Source: Eledone cirrhosa (Eukaryota). From it: a stretch of 64,000 bases of DNA. The translations under genes and the position numbers were made by a program. Positions 23,686 through 41,024 of the stretch are shown here, piece after piece. How positions within the stretch are numbered: position 1 is the first letter of the stretch; each line of letters starts with the position of its first letter. The DNA lies in assembly GCA_964016885.1 (NCBI GenBank), contig CAXHJY010000231.1, forward strand, positions 1 to 64,000, read 5' to 3'. Below the pieces are notes generated by a model. It saw nothing but the letters and a program-made list of their open reading frames with translations. It was not told the origin of the DNA and searched no databases.

Positions 23686-25900
23686 CTAATGGGTACAATT
23701 TGTACTACTAGAACATTTGGGTTTATAATAAAAGTAAGAATTAGAAATTGCATGGGGGCAAGAAGAGAATATCTCAGACTTTCTATTCAGTAAGGGTACG
23801 CTAGAGAAAATAATAGAGTGTGTCTCAAGTATACAGAGATTACAAAACTTACTTTGTGCAGAAAGGTGGTTAGATCGTGCCACTAAACTCCAGTTAAGGC
23901 TATATGGTATATAAGCTCCCTTAAGATCCCAGATATAATGCGCTAGAGAGGTAGAATTCTTAAACCTAACATGTTTGAAGTTAGAGATATGAGAGTTAAA
24001 CCTAGTCTTAAAAGTGTTAGAAGTAGATCCTATATATGTTCTTTTAGAGGAATTAGTTATAACCTCGCAAGCATAGACAATGTTCTTAGAAAGGCAGTTA
24101 CCGTTTAGAGGGCAGTTAGCACTCACTCTACAATTGCACTTCCGGGTGTTATTGGTTGGCTCGAGTGGTGATGTATTGCACGTAGGACCTCTATTAGATA
24201 AGGACTGTTCTGGTGGTAAAGCATTGTCCGATGCATTCAGACTATTAGTATGTAGAGAGGAGAATCCATCCCTAATTTTCCTATTATTAGTGCTAGCCAA
24301 ATGAGAACTAATATTAGGGGTGGTAGAGAATGAGAGTTTAATAACATTTTTATTAAAAATACCATGGTATTTGTGAGAAGGGGGGAAATTTTTCTCCAGG
24401 ATAGTGAAGAAAGACCTAGGGATATTAGTTGATACATCCTGATTATATGGCGGGTTGAAATAAGTGTTCAATCGCCTTCTATTTTTATTTTTATTCTTAT
24501 CGACCCTACCTCTATCAAAAGTCCCACCGTCGAGACTAGGGTTACTATCGGGAATAGTTGAAGCCACATTCATAGAATCAGCCATAATTTCATTATGCCT
24601 ATTATAGTTTCTACCACTAGTAGATCCGCTGTTGTCCAGAATCCCCACAAGAGGATTAAGGCCAATGATAGGATCAGTAGGAGCAACATTACTAGAACAA
24701 GATCCAGCCAAACCAACACCAATGCGTGAGCGCACAGGGGGCTCGACTTGTCTCTTAGAGGTATTATATTTGTTATTACGAGTCCGGTGGGATAACTGAT
24801 GGGTGGGTTCAGATACTCCTATATAAGTTCTACGGTTACTAAGTTTGCTACTCCCATTCATAGCCATGTTATGTGATATAATGTTATTATTAAGAGTAAG
24901 CGGAGACTTTCTAAAGTTACTATTATTATAATTTATTTTACTAGAGTGACCTGAATTTGCTAGGGCGTTATTATAGTACTCCGCATGTTCATTAAAAGTT
25001 CCTATGTCCTTAGATAGTGTGGAAATCCTATTAGAAACGCCCTTAATTATAGAGTTTATCATAGACTTGGGGTGGTTAGAATTGGGGCTAACATAAGAAA
25101 GAATTTCATTAGGCTTATGGAAGAGTTTAAAACTATTAGTGGCCAAGTCCAAAGTCACATCTAAAAAGTTAACCGCTCTATCATTTCTATCTATCGTGAT
25201 TGAAAGGTTGTAGCTATTAAAAAACTTATAAAGCTTCTTCTTATTACGTTCTACATTGTTGGTACTAGAGTTAATTATAAACAATGCATCATCACGATAT
25301 AGTCCGCCTACAAGGTGCGGGAAGGTAGCGTATAGTTCATTAAGGAGGAACAACCCAACAAGATCAGCAACCTGGGCCGAATCGCTCGAACCCATTGTAA
25401 CGTCGAAATTATTGGGCGTGTTTTTACGGGTCCAAAAAGTGTCCTCAAATTTAATAATAGTTTTACGGGCTGCTAGTATAATATCTACCTGCGATCGTGT
25501 AAGGCTGGACACTCTCATGGCCAACATTAAGGCTTTATTGAGGAGGATGGGTGAAATTGATGTGTAGTAGGCATCGATATCGAATTGGATAAACTTATTA
25601 GATTCAAGTCTATTAATCCCAGAGAACCAATCTATAACTTCCCTAGTGTTCCCCCATAAGTTAAAATTAACCTTATCCCTAACATCTGGTATAATAAGGT
25701 CAAGGATTTTTTTACTGATAATGGCTATATCCGACTTAGAAGGACATATAAGTCTAACTGAGGGTTACTAATAAAATCAACCTTATGGTCCTTAAGTGTG
25801 AATCTCGGTTCTCGAGGGTAATATGGCTGGGTATGCTTATCGAGTCCGAGGTCAGAGACTATTCTAAGGCCCTCACTATTGATGTGGTTCAAATTCTCAA
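23686..25900 (-). CDS. PLE reverse transcriptase - GIY-YIG endonuclease polyprotein, 5'-truncated, one frameshift near 25765
   Basis: Upstream of the tracked Met the frame continues (FTLKDHKVDF..P / RLICPSKS..ISKKIL..FIQFDIDAYY). Then FDVTMGS, GLYRDD, VNFLDVTLDL, CNCRVSANCPL, YIGST, CNLCILE. Confidence 0.93.
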
Positions 25901-25972
25901 GCGTATTTTTAATATTTTTTAATATTCAAACTTCCAATTTCTGTGTAATGGAAAATAGATATGTGTATTGTA

Positions 25973-26029
<57 letters not shown>

Positions 26030-26363
26030 CATATATCCATGTATATATTGTACATTTTGATTTTTAATTTGGAATTTTAATGTTGGTATAAATATATTAT
26101 TACTATAATGTATTATACTGTGTTATATATAATTCCTGCTCTATATAACCAAATTTGTTTAGATTTAAGTTGGTGGCTTTGGACTATATTTGTAATATGG
26201 TTCTTAATGTTATCTACATACTTAGTTATTATAATTTTATAATTTTATTATTTTTATCTTCATTTTTATTATCGTATATCTTTGTATGACATTAGTGTAT
26301 GTACACTCCATATTCTTCAGAGTTTCTGGCTTGTATCTGCCGAAATTACCTCTTGTTGTTTTG

Positions 26364-26408
26364 ATTGCCCTGATGAGTCCTTAATAGGACGAAACATTGT
26401 CGGCTAAT
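26364..26408 (+). ncRNA. Type I hammerhead ribozyme (family F)
   Basis: ATTGCC-CTGATGA-GTCCT taat AGGAC-GAAAC att GTC-GGC(t)AAT. Fully canonical core with a GUC triplet; cleavage predicted after 26401. Confidence 0.92.
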
Positions 26409-26452
26409 AAAAACTTTTGATGTATTAAAGGATTCTTTGTTTTACTCTCTTA

Positions 26453-26496
<44 letters not shown>

Positions 26497-26497
26497 G

Positions 26498-26558
<61 letters not shown>

Positions 26559-26783
26559 GTATGTATGTATATATATATATATATGTATATATATATGTAT
26601 ATATATGTATGTATATATATATATATATGTATATATATATGTATATATATGTATGTATATATATATATGTATATATATATATGTATATATATATATATGT
26701 ATATGTATATATGTATATATATGTATATATATATATGTATGTATATGTATATATGTATATATATATATGTATATGTATATATG

Positions 26784-26886
<103 letters not shown>

Positions 26887-27081
26887 ATGTATATATGTAT
26901 GTATATATATGTATATATATGTATGTATATATCTGTATGTATATGTATGTATGTATGTATATGTATATATATGTATGTATATATCTGTATGTATATGTAT
27001 GTATGTATATGTATATACATGTATGTATATATATGTATATATATGTATATGGTGGTGGTGGCAGTTGATGTTGTTGTTCTG

Positions 27082-27118
<37 letters not shown>

Positions 27119-27786
27119 GTTATTTTGAGTTTTTTTTTTTTTTCCTCTCTTTTTTTCTCCTTTTTTTTTTTTTTTTTTTTTTTTCCCTTCCCTTTTCTTT
27201 TTTCTTTTCCCTTCCTTTTTTTATGTTTTGATGCCGCTGTTGTTGTTGTTGTTGTAATTGTTGTAAATGTTCATTTCAGTTCATTCTGAAGCTGTTGTTG
27301 CTGTAAACATTAGTGCCGGTGTTGTTGTTGTTGTAGATGTTGGGGTTGAAATCTGGTTGTTTGACTGAGTGATGTATATACACACATATACATACACACA
27401 CATATATATATATACATTCATCAGAGAGTAGAGAGTTTGACAACAGGTCGATGACTTTAGTCTCGATAGGGTATGGTATGGTAATGACATGTGATGGTGG
27501 GGAGAGAGTGTAGACGTTATTGTGGTGGTGTGGACAGTGAGATGTATCTAGTTCATTTGACCGTTTTCTTCTCTTAGCAAAATTTGAATTCTAGCCATGT
27601 TATATTGAGATGTAAGTAAATGTAAAATATAAATAAGGATTGCTCTGCTAAAATATACTAAAATATTTGTGTAACTTCCACAAACTTCTGTCGTGACATT
27701 CCCGAGTCCAGTAACCAACAAATTGTTGTATTTTGATGTTTCAGAATACAAAAATTAATTAAAAACTTACCCCACGAAGAGACAGC

Positions 27787-28001
27787 GTGTGTTGTCCTAT
27801 CTATAAGCTCCCTCATACATGTAAATGTATGAGAAAATGTAAATCAGCAGGAGGACTCAAGCGACATGCAAAAGTACACGAACTCCAACCACAGCCGACT
27901 ATTCCCAGTAAATGTTTTGGTTGCCGACTCTGTGCAAGACATTTTGGATCATTGGCTGGGCTAAAAAGCCACATTCGATCGCAGCACTGTTAGTTGCTAT
28001 C

Positions 28002-28045
<44 letters not shown>

Positions 28046-28124
28046 GCTTATGTGCGTGCGTGTGTGTGTATATATATATGAATATGTATATTATTATTGT
28101 TGTTGTCGTTATTATTATTATTGC

Positions 28125-28161
<37 letters not shown>

Positions 28162-28283
28162 GTTATTAATGTATGTGTGTATATATGTGTGAGTGTATGT
28201 GTATGTATGTGTGTGTGTATATATGTATGTATGTGTATGTATGTGTGTGTGTATATATATGTGTATATATATATATATGTATA

Positions 28284-28316
<33 letters not shown>

Positions 28317-28340
28317 CTTTTTTTTTTTTTTTTTTTTATT

Positions 28341-28391
<51 letters not shown>

Positions 28392-28472
28392 TTTTTATTT
28401 TTTTATTTTATTTATTTTTTTTTTTTTTTATTGTGCAATGGCCATACTCGATAACGAGGGGGCAGCCATCAT
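27787..28472 (+). mobile_element. 3' end fragment of an RTE-type LINE (two C2H2 fingers, microsatellite-rich 3' UTR, hairpin tail)
   Basis: CKC..CKSAGGLKRHAKVH and CRLCARHFGSLAGLKSHIRSQH. Tail GGCCATACTCGATAACGAGGGGGCAGCCATCAT. A partial second copy lies at ~60030-60205. Confidence 0.65.
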
Positions 28473-28643
28473 ATATGTATATATATGTATCTATATATAT
28501 GTATATATATGTATGTATATATATGTATATATATGTATGTATATATATGTATATATATGTATGTATATATATGTATATATATGTATATATATATATGTAT
28601 ATATATGTATATATATATATGTATATATACGTATATATATGTT

Positions 28644-28690
<47 letters not shown>

Positions 28691-28691
28691 G

Positions 28692-28784
<93 letters not shown>

Positions 28785-28863
28785 GTATATATATATGTAT
28801 ATATATGTATATATATATGTATATATATGTATATATATATGTATATATATGAATATATATGTA

Positions 28864-28908
<45 letters not shown>

Positions 28909-29167
28909 GTATATACATGTATATATATATGTATATATATATATGTGTATATATATGTATATAGTATTAGTTATACTATTTATGGTTATGTAAACACAAA
29001 ACCTTAAGCAGTTGTAAGTATTTTACACACACCCTAAATAGTGGTAGGCAGTAATGTATTACTACCTTATTACCAGTAAGTTAAGTAGCTCAATGTAAAA
29101 ACATCAGATGATTTACAGAGCAGTTATATGAAATATAAGAATCAAAGAACTGTTCAAAACATTATTG

Positions 29168-29214
29168 TGCTTACAGCTGTTTCCTCCAAACCGAGGTTTG
29201 GATTCTTCGGAGCA
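29168..29214 (-). ncRNA. Variant hammerhead with CCGAAGA core (family E)
   Basis: Minus strand TGCT-CCGAAGA-aTCCAAACCTCGGTTTGGAg-GAAAC agct GTA-AGCA. It is on the same strand as, and ~1.45 kb downstream of, the PLE ORF at 30658. Confidence 0.7.
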
Positions 29215-30657
29215 ATTTATTAATGCATGGACAGTTATATGACCTCCTTTTCAGCCGAGAGACATACCAATACATATTCAAACATAGATACATATTCAAA
29301 CATTGTGGGTCAACATTCATTACAGAATTTAGAGTGGCAGTACACACTTCGAGATTACATTTATATTAATAGGTACAATCAAAAATCAAAGATATAGGTT
29401 AAAGTACAACATGAAGATAAGTGGTTATATAGTGCAAATGTTATATGTGTGGCACGCATGTGCGTCTTGTTTATATAGTGTGGCAGAGAGATATGTGTGG
29501 TAGAGGCACTTAGGTAGGTAAATAAGAGTGTTAGGTTGGTAGATCTGGTGGCAAAGTCTTTATATGATTGATATAGTCTGTGTGTGGAGAAATATTATAA
29601 GCATTAAAGATAGTGCAAGCATTAAAAGTGTTATAAGTATTGGAGATGCACAGCGCAGGGATGTCAAGTAATTCATGTACTTCGGCATTTTCAAGGTCAA
29701 GGGAGTGTATATTTCGATTATATGCCTTTCACATAATCCACGACAATCCAGTTAGAGATCGTAGTCTGGTGTTCTTTAGTTCGATACAGGAGGTTGTTAC
29801 GTTTCGAGAAACGCCATTGAATACCGGAAGTGTGTGTGTGGCTAAGGGGAGTTAATGCATGCGGGGAGGTAACTCTGGGGTTTCTATATCTAGCCATTAA
29901 AATGTGTCCCAATATAGACCCTAAATTCTATGGTGAGGTGCACCTTCCAAGAGAGACTTTTAAAGCATAAAGTGTACTAACTATAGAGTAGTTTAACTAA
30001 ATTATGCTGAAGGTGATCATATTATTATTAAGGTGGATTAACCCATCTTAAGGTGCTACAAATGGAAATTATAGATGATGAGCGAGGATTCTAAAATAAT
30101 GATCTCTGTGGTTGTAGTCTGCTCATATGACCAGGCGCGGTGATTGCAGGATTGCTTCAGGACCCAATGATCTCTGGTAAGATCTGGGTCATCGCTTGCT
30201 ACATTGGATGTCGAAAGATAATCGTCCCCAGGCAGGCCAAAGGTCAATCCGCAGTCCTCGCGACCCCTCTCTGACCGTCAGATCATCCATATACGTACAA
30301 CCCGCACGGCAGTTGCATTGCATTCACTCACTGCGCTCAGCAGCCCGGTCCTACTGGTCAACAGCGCTACTCGATTAAATCATTTTACATCTGTCTAAGG
30401 AAGGTGTTTCCTCTGCCCAACACCATCCAACCGATCAATTCATGCTCAAATTACCCTTAGAGCGGTGTAGTGCCGTCCAAGTGGGTGGATGTTGTCACTC
30501 CTGCCGTAGAGGTATAAATGGGTATTTTCCCTGCGAAGGGTTCCAGAGGGATGTCGTTATTTGTGTTATAATGGATCAGCTAGTGTTGGGTATGTAGTAT
30601 AGGGTGTGTCTCTGGTGTTTGATGCTAGATGTGGTGTTAGGTTCCAGTCCGACATTG

Positions 30658-32030
30658 CTATATATAGGGCTTAAAGTTTTGGAAGGAATGTCTGAGGCGG
30701 TGCTGGCAAGTTGCAAACACCTCAGATTTTTTGTTAAGTAGGTTACGGTTGGAGAAGATAATATTGTGTGTCTCTAGTATACAGAGGTTACAGAATTTAT
30801 TAGGTGGTTTGTACGAGGTCGCGCTGCCTATCACTTCCCATTTGAGTGTGTATGGTTTATTTTTAGATTTTAGATAGTGTATGTAGCTAGAAAGTGAGGT
30901 GGAGTTGGCTAGGCTGTGCTTTTTGAACGAGTGGATGTGCGAGTTATATCTGATTTTGAAGCAGTTAGAAGTGGAGCCTACATAGGTTTCTGAAGAGTTA
31001 TTAGTCGTGACTGTGCATGAGTATATGACATCCTTGGTTAGGCATTTTTTATCTAAAGGGCAGGTTCTATTAGCTCTACAGTTACAATTATTCTGTGCGT
31101 TAGTCCGCTGGTTATAATGCAATGCGGAAGTCTGTGTGGTGGATATAGGATTTTGGGTGTTCGGGTTGACAACCCTGGTGTTATTACTTATACTAGTGTT
31201 ATTTCTATTGTTACTGCCGTTGCTATTGTTGCTTGCTACAGTGGTATTTAGAGGGTTTGCATCCCGTTGTGATTTTGTTTGTTGGAAGTAAGAACTAATT
31301 TTACTATTATTGCTGCTAGCTATGTGGTATGCTAAGTTAGGCGTCGTAGAGTATGAGATTTTAATGGTGTTTTTGTTTAAGAGGTTGTGGTACTTGTGTC
31401 CTAGAGGGAAGTTTTTATCTAGTAGTGAGAAGAAAGCCCTAGATATGTTGGTGGAGACATTTAGGTTGAAAGGAGGGTTGAAAAATGTATTATTTCTTCT
31501 TCTATTTTTGCTTTTAGTGTTTGGTGTGTTGCTTCCTCCTAAGGCCTCACAGTAGTTTCCATGGTAATGGTTACTTCCGGTGGCACCCTCCGCTTTGGTG
31601 TACTTGTGGTTGCTATTCCTATTATTAGATTTCCTCATGGACATGTTGTGCGAGATGATGTTGTAGCTATGTGTTTTCTTAGGTAGGAACTCAATTTCTA
31701 TATTATGGCCGGAGCTAGCTAATGCTTGATTGTAATATTGTGAGTTTTTGCTAAATATGTTTGCGTCATAGGACAGACTAGAGATTCTATTGGACACCCC
31801 CTTAGAGATAGAGTTTAATATTGATCTAGGGTGATTAGACTTGGTATCTACGTAAATAAGTTTCTCATTAGGCTTATGGAAAGGTGTATATATTTTTGAG
31901 TCTAGGTATAGTGTGGCGTCTAGGAAGTTAACATTTTTAGTGTTTTTGTCCATGGTGATACTAAGGTTAAAGTTTTTGAATGTCTTATGCAGTTGTTTTC
32001 TAGTTCTTTCTATATTAAATTTTCATATAA
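30658..32030 (-). CDS. 5'-truncated PLE ORF (RT thumb, linker, zinc finger, GIY-YIG; Naiad-like)
   Basis: [52 protein letters not shown]. Truncated at a TA array. Confidence 0.92.
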
Positions 32031-32057
32031 GTATATATATATATATATATGTGTATA

Positions 32058-32100
<43 letters not shown>

Positions 32101-32101
32101 G

Positions 32102-32160
<59 letters not shown>

Positions 32161-32291
32161 GTATATATATGTATATATATATATGTATGTATATATATGT
32201 ATATATATGTATATATATATATGTATATGTATATGTATGTATATATATATATGTATATAAATATATATGTATATATGTATGTATCTATATG

Positions 32292-32326
<35 letters not shown>

Positions 32327-32407
32327 GTATATGTATATATATGTATATATGTATGTATATATATATATGTATATAAATATATATGTATATATGTATGTAT
32401 ATATATG

Positions 32408-32442
<35 letters not shown>

Positions 32443-32459
32443 GTATATGTATATATATG

Positions 32460-32494
<35 letters not shown>

Positions 32495-32691
32495 GTATAT
32501 ATATGTATATATATATATGTATATAAATATATATGTATATATATATGTATATACGTATATAAATATATATGTATATATATATGTATATAAATATATATGT
32601 ATATATATATGTATATATGTATATATATATGTATATATGTATGTATATATGTATATATATGTATATATATATATAGGTATATATATATATG

Positions 32692-32722
<31 letters not shown>

Positions 32723-32731
32723 GTATATATG

Positions 32732-32766
<35 letters not shown>

Positions 32767-32865
32767 GTATATATATATATATGTATATATATGTATATAT
32801 ATATATGTATATATATATATGTATATATATGTATGTATATATTTGTATATATATGTATATATATG

Positions 32866-32900
<35 letters not shown>

Positions 32901-32924
32901 GTATATACATGTATATATATATGT

Positions 32925-32956
<32 letters not shown>

Positions 32957-32991
32957 GTATATGTATATATATATATATGTGTATATATATG

Positions 32992-33031
<40 letters not shown>

Positions 33032-33266
33032 TGTATATATATGTATATATATGTATATATATATATGTATATATATGTATATATATATATGTATATATAT
33101 GTATATATATATATGTATATATATGTATATATATATATATATGTATGTATATATATGTATATATATATTATGTATATATATGTATATATATGTATATATA
33201 TGTAGGTATATATGTATATATATATATGTATATAAATATATATGTATATATGTATGTATATATATG

Positions 33267-33301
<35 letters not shown>

Positions 33302-33420
33302 GTATATATATATATGTATGTATATATATGTATATATATATATGTATATAAATATATATGTATATATATATGTATATATGTATGTATATATATGTATATA
33401 TATATATATATGTATATATG

Positions 33421-33451
<31 letters not shown>

Positions 33452-33458
33452 GTATATG

Positions 33459-33517
<59 letters not shown>

Positions 33518-33952
33518 GTATATATATAGATGTATATATAGATGTATATATATAGATGTATATATATATATGTATATATATGTATGTATATATTTGTATA
33601 TATATGTATATATATGTATATATATGTATATATATGTATATATATGTATATATGTATATATATATATATATGTATATATATGTATATATATATGTATATA
33701 AATGTATATATATGTATATATGTATATATATATATATATATATAATATATATGTATATATGTATATATATGTATATATATATATGTATATATGTATATAT
33801 ATATGTATATGTATATATGTATATATATATGTATATATATATGTATATATATATATATATGTATTTATATATATATGTATTTATATATAATATATATATA
33901 CATATATATATATACATATATATATATACATATATATATATATACATAAATA

Positions 33953-33983
<31 letters not shown>

Positions 33984-33984
33984 G

Positions 33985-34015
<31 letters not shown>

Positions 34016-34194
34016 GTATATATATGTATATATATGTATATACATGCATGTATATATATGTATGTATATGTATATATATGTATATACATGCATGTATATA
34101 TATGTATGTATATGTATATATATGTATATACATGTATGTATATAGATATATATGTATATGTATATATGTATATATATATATGTATATATATATG

Positions 34195-34243
<49 letters not shown>

Positions 34244-34342
34244 GTATATATGTATATATATATGTATATATATATGTATATATATGTATATATATATGTA
34301 TATATATATATGTATATATATATGTATATATATGTATATATG

Positions 34343-34373
<31 letters not shown>

Positions 34374-34427
34374 GTATATATATGTATATATATATATATA
34401 TGTATATATAATATATGTATATATATG

Positions 34428-34483
<56 letters not shown>

Positions 34484-34487
34484 AATG

Positions 34488-34520
<33 letters not shown>

Positions 34521-34569
34521 GTATATATATATATAGGTATATATATGTATATATATATAGGTATATATG

Positions 34570-34602
<33 letters not shown>

Positions 34603-34737
34603 TTATATATATATGTATATATATGTATATATAAATATGTATATATATGTATATATATATATGTATATATAAATATGTATATATATATATATGTATATAT
34701 ATATATGTATTTATATATATATGTATATATATATATG

Positions 34738-34790
<53 letters not shown>

Positions 34791-34811
34791 GTATATATAT
34801 ATATATGTATG

Positions 34812-34854
<43 letters not shown>

Positions 34855-34887
34855 GTATATATATATATATGTATGTATATATATATG

Positions 34888-34936
<49 letters not shown>

Positions 34937-34937
34937 G

Positions 34938-34984
<47 letters not shown>

Positions 34985-35377
34985 GTATATATATATATAT
35001 ATGTATATATATATGTATATATGTATATATATATGTATATATATATATAAAATATGTATATGTATATATATATGTATATATATATATATGTATATATATA
35101 TATGTATATATATATGTATATATATATGTATATATGTATATATATATATGTATATATATATATGTATATATATATGTATATATATATGTATATATGTATA
35201 TATATATATGTATATATATATGTATATATGTATATATATATATGTATATATATGTATATATATATATATGTATCTATAGATATGTATATATGTATATATA
35301 TATATGTATCTATAGATATGTATATATGTATATATATATGTATATATATACATATGTGTATATATACATATATGTAT

Positions 35378-35423
<46 letters not shown>

Positions 35424-35470
35424 GTATATATATACATATGTTTATATATACGTATATGTATATATATATG

Positions 35471-35503
<33 letters not shown>

Positions 35504-35598
35504 GTATATATATATGTATATATATATATGTATATATATATATGTATATATATGTATATATATGTATATATATGTATATATATGTATATATATGTATA

Positions 35599-35641
<43 letters not shown>

Positions 35642-35669
35642 GTATATATATATATGTATATATATATAT

Positions 35670-35871
<202 letters not shown>

Positions 35872-36381
35872 GTATATATATGTATATATATATATATATA
35901 TGTATATATATGTATATATGTATACATATATATATATATGTACATATATATATATATATATATGTACATATATATATATATACATATATATACATATATG
36001 TATATACATATATATATATGTATATATATATGTATATATATATACATATGTATATATATATATATGTATGTATATGTATATATGTGTATATATATATGTA
36101 TATATATGTATATGTATATATGTGTATATATATGTATATATATGTATATATATATGTATATATATGTATATGTATATATGTGTATATATATGTATATATA
36201 TGTATATATATGTATATATATGTATATATATGTATGTATATATGTATGTATAATATATATGTATGTATATATATATATGTATATATATGTATGTATATAT
36301 ATATGTATGTATATATATACATGTATATATATGTATATATATATATGTATATATATGTATATATATATATGTATATATATG

Positions 36382-36412
<31 letters not shown>

Positions 36413-36413
36413 G

Positions 36414-36444
<31 letters not shown>

Positions 36445-36575
36445 GTATATATATATATATATGTATGTATATATGTATATATATATATATGTATATATAT
36501 ATGTATGTATGTATATATATATATATGTATATATGTATGTATATATATGTATATATATATATATATATGTATGTA

Positions 36576-36612
<37 letters not shown>

Positions 36613-36676
36613 GTATGTATATATATGTATATATATATATGTATGTATATATGTGTATGTATATATATGTATGTAT

Positions 36677-36707
<31 letters not shown>

Positions 36708-36797
36708 TATATATGTATGTATATATATATATGTATGTATATGTATATATGTATATATATGTATGTATATATATATATGTATATATATGTATATATA

Positions 36798-36840
<43 letters not shown>

Positions 36841-36865
36841 ATGTATATATGTATGTATATATATG

Positions 36866-36898
<33 letters not shown>

Positions 36899-37049
36899 GT
36901 ATATATACGTATATATATGTATGTATATATATGTATATGTATGTATATATATGTATATATATGTATATATATGTATGTATATATATGTATATATATGTAT
37001 ATATATATATATGTATGTATATATATATATGTATGTATATATATATATT

Positions 37050-37082
<33 letters not shown>

Positions 37083-37095
37083 ATGTATATATATG

Positions 37096-37126
<31 letters not shown>

Positions 37127-37359
37127 ATGTATATATATGTATATACATGTATGTATATATATATATGTATATATGTATATATATATGTATATATGTATAT
37201 ATATATATGTATATATATATATAGATATGTATATATATATGTTTATATATATGTATATGTATATATATATATGTATATATGTATATATATATGTATATAT
37301 ATATGTATATATATGTATATATATATGTATATATATGTATATATATGTATATATATATG

Positions 37360-37434
<75 letters not shown>

Positions 37435-37486
37435 GTATATATAATATATGTATATATATGTATATATATATATGTATATATATATG

Positions 37487-37517
<31 letters not shown>

Positions 37518-37736
37518 GTATATATATATGTATAATATATATATATATATGTATATATATATATGTATATATATATAGGTATATATATGTATATATGTAT
37601 ATATATATAGGTATATATGTATATATATATATAGGTATATATATATTTATATATATATGTATATATATGTGTATATAAATATGTATATATATGTATATAT
37701 ATATATGTATATATAAATATGTATATATAAAATATG

Positions 37737-37767
<31 letters not shown>

Positions 37768-37794
37768 GTATATATATATATATGTATATATATG

Positions 37795-37841
<47 letters not shown>

Positions 37842-38028
37842 GTATATATATATATGTATATATATATATGTATATATATATATATGTATATATATATATG
37901 TATATATATATATGTATATATATATATATGTATATATATATGTATATATATATATATGTATATATATATATGTATATATATATATATGTGTATATATATG
38001 TATATAAATATATATGTATATATATATG

Positions 38029-38059
<31 letters not shown>

Positions 38060-38140
38060 GTATATATATATATATGTATATATATATATGTATATATATA
38101 TATATGTGTATATATATGTATATAAATATATATGTATATA

Positions 38141-38179
<39 letters not shown>

Positions 38180-38387
38180 GTATATATATATATATGTATA
38201 TATATATATGTATATATATATATATGTATATATATATGTATATATATATGTATATATGTATATATATATATGTATATATATGTATATATATATATGTATC
38301 TATAGATATGTATATATATATATATATGTATATATATGTATATATATACATATGTAATATATATATACATATATGTATATATATATG

Positions 38388-38418
<31 letters not shown>

Positions 38419-38761
38419 GTATATATCTATATGTATATATATATGTATATATATATATGTATATATATATATGTATATATATGTATATATATGTATGTAT
38501 ATATATGTATATATATATATGTATATATATGTATATATATATATGTATATATATGTATATATATATATGTATATATATGTATATATATATATGTATATAT
38601 GTGTATATATATGTATATATATGTATATATATATATATGTATATATATGTATATATATATATGTATATATGTGTATATATATATGTATATATATGTATAT
38701 ATATATATGTATATATATGTATATATATATATATGTGTATATATATATGTGTATATATATA

Positions 38762-38848
<87 letters not shown>

Positions 38849-38859
38849 GTACATATATA

Positions 38860-38910
<51 letters not shown>

Positions 38911-38911
38911 G

Positions 38912-38958
<47 letters not shown>

Positions 38959-38966
38959 GTATATAT

Positions 38967-39114
<148 letters not shown>

Positions 39115-39120
39115 GTATAT

Positions 39121-39216
<96 letters not shown>

Positions 39217-39262
39217 GTATATATGTATACATATATATATATATATGTACATATATATATAC

Positions 39263-39332
<70 letters not shown>

Positions 39333-39707
39333 GTATATATGTATACATATATATATATATATGTACATATATATATACATATATATACATGTATATATAT
39401 ATGTATATATATATATACATATATATATATGTATATATATGTATATATATATATATGTATATATATGTATATATATGTATATATATATATATGTATATAT
39501 ATGTATATATATGTATATATATGTATATGTATATATGTGTATATATATATGTATGTATATGTATATATGTGTATATATATGTATATATATGTATATATGT
39601 GTATATATATGTATATATATGTATATATATGTATATATATGTATATATATGTATATATATGTATATATATATATGTATATATATGTATATATGTATATAT
39701 ATGTATA

Positions 39708-39751
<44 letters not shown>

Positions 39752-39890
39752 TATACATATATATACATATATATATATATACATATATATATACATATAT
39801 ATATATGTATATATATATACATATATATATACATGTATATATATGTATATATATATGTACATATATATATATATATGTATACATATATAC

Positions 39891-39945
<55 letters not shown>

Positions 39946-39947
39946 TA

Positions 39948-40009
<62 letters not shown>

Positions 40010-40010
40010 A

Positions 40011-40053
<43 letters not shown>

Positions 40054-40220
40054 ATATATGTATATATATACATGTATATATATGTATATATATATATATA
40101 TATGTATATATATGTATATATATATATGTATATATATGTATATATATATATGTATGTATATATGTATATATATATATATATATGTATGTATATATGTATA
40201 TATATATGTATGTATATATG

Positions 40221-40253
<33 letters not shown>

Positions 40254-40484
40254 GTATGTATGTATATATATATATATGTATATATGTATATATATATATA
40301 TATATGTATGTATATATGTGTATATATATATATGTATGTATATATGTATATATATATATATATGTATATATATATGTATGTATGTATATATATATATATG
40401 TATATATATATGTATGTATATATATATATGTATATATGTATGTATATGTATATATATATATGTATATATATATATATGTATATA

Positions 40485-40531
<47 letters not shown>

Positions 40532-40740
40532 ATGTATATATGTATATATATGTATGTATATATGTATGTATATGTATATATATGTATATATGTATATGTA
40601 TATATGTATATATATATATATGTAAATATATATATAGATATGTATATATATATGTTTATATATATGTATATGTATATATATATGTATATATGTATATATA
40701 CATATGTATATATATATGTATATATATGTATATATATATG

Positions 40741-40821
<81 letters not shown>

Positions 40822-41024
40822 GTATATATAATATATGTATATATATGTATATATATATATGTATATATATATATGTATATATATATATATGTATATATAT
40901 ATGTATATATATATGTATATATATATGTATATATATATGTATATATATACATATATATGTATATATATATGTATATATATATATGTATATATATATAGGT
41001 AAATATATGTATATATATATATGT

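Larger units (their letters stand above)
21717..26454 (-). mobile_element. 5'-truncated Penelope-like element (Naiad-like) with ~540 bp inverted pLTRs
   Basis: 21717-22255 is the reverse complement of 25903-26454, with an HHR in each arm. RT plus GIY-YIG ORF lies between them, with a ~2 kb 3' region. Confidence 0.92.

Noticed and set aside
27787-27993. Host C2H2 zinc-finger gene exon
   Set aside because: It is followed by a LINE-type hairpin tail and partly repeated at ~60030, so a retroelement 3' end explains it better.
29560-29912. Possible coding remnant between the family E HHR and the PLE ORF
   Set aside because: Short ORFs with no recognisable motif in any frame I translated.
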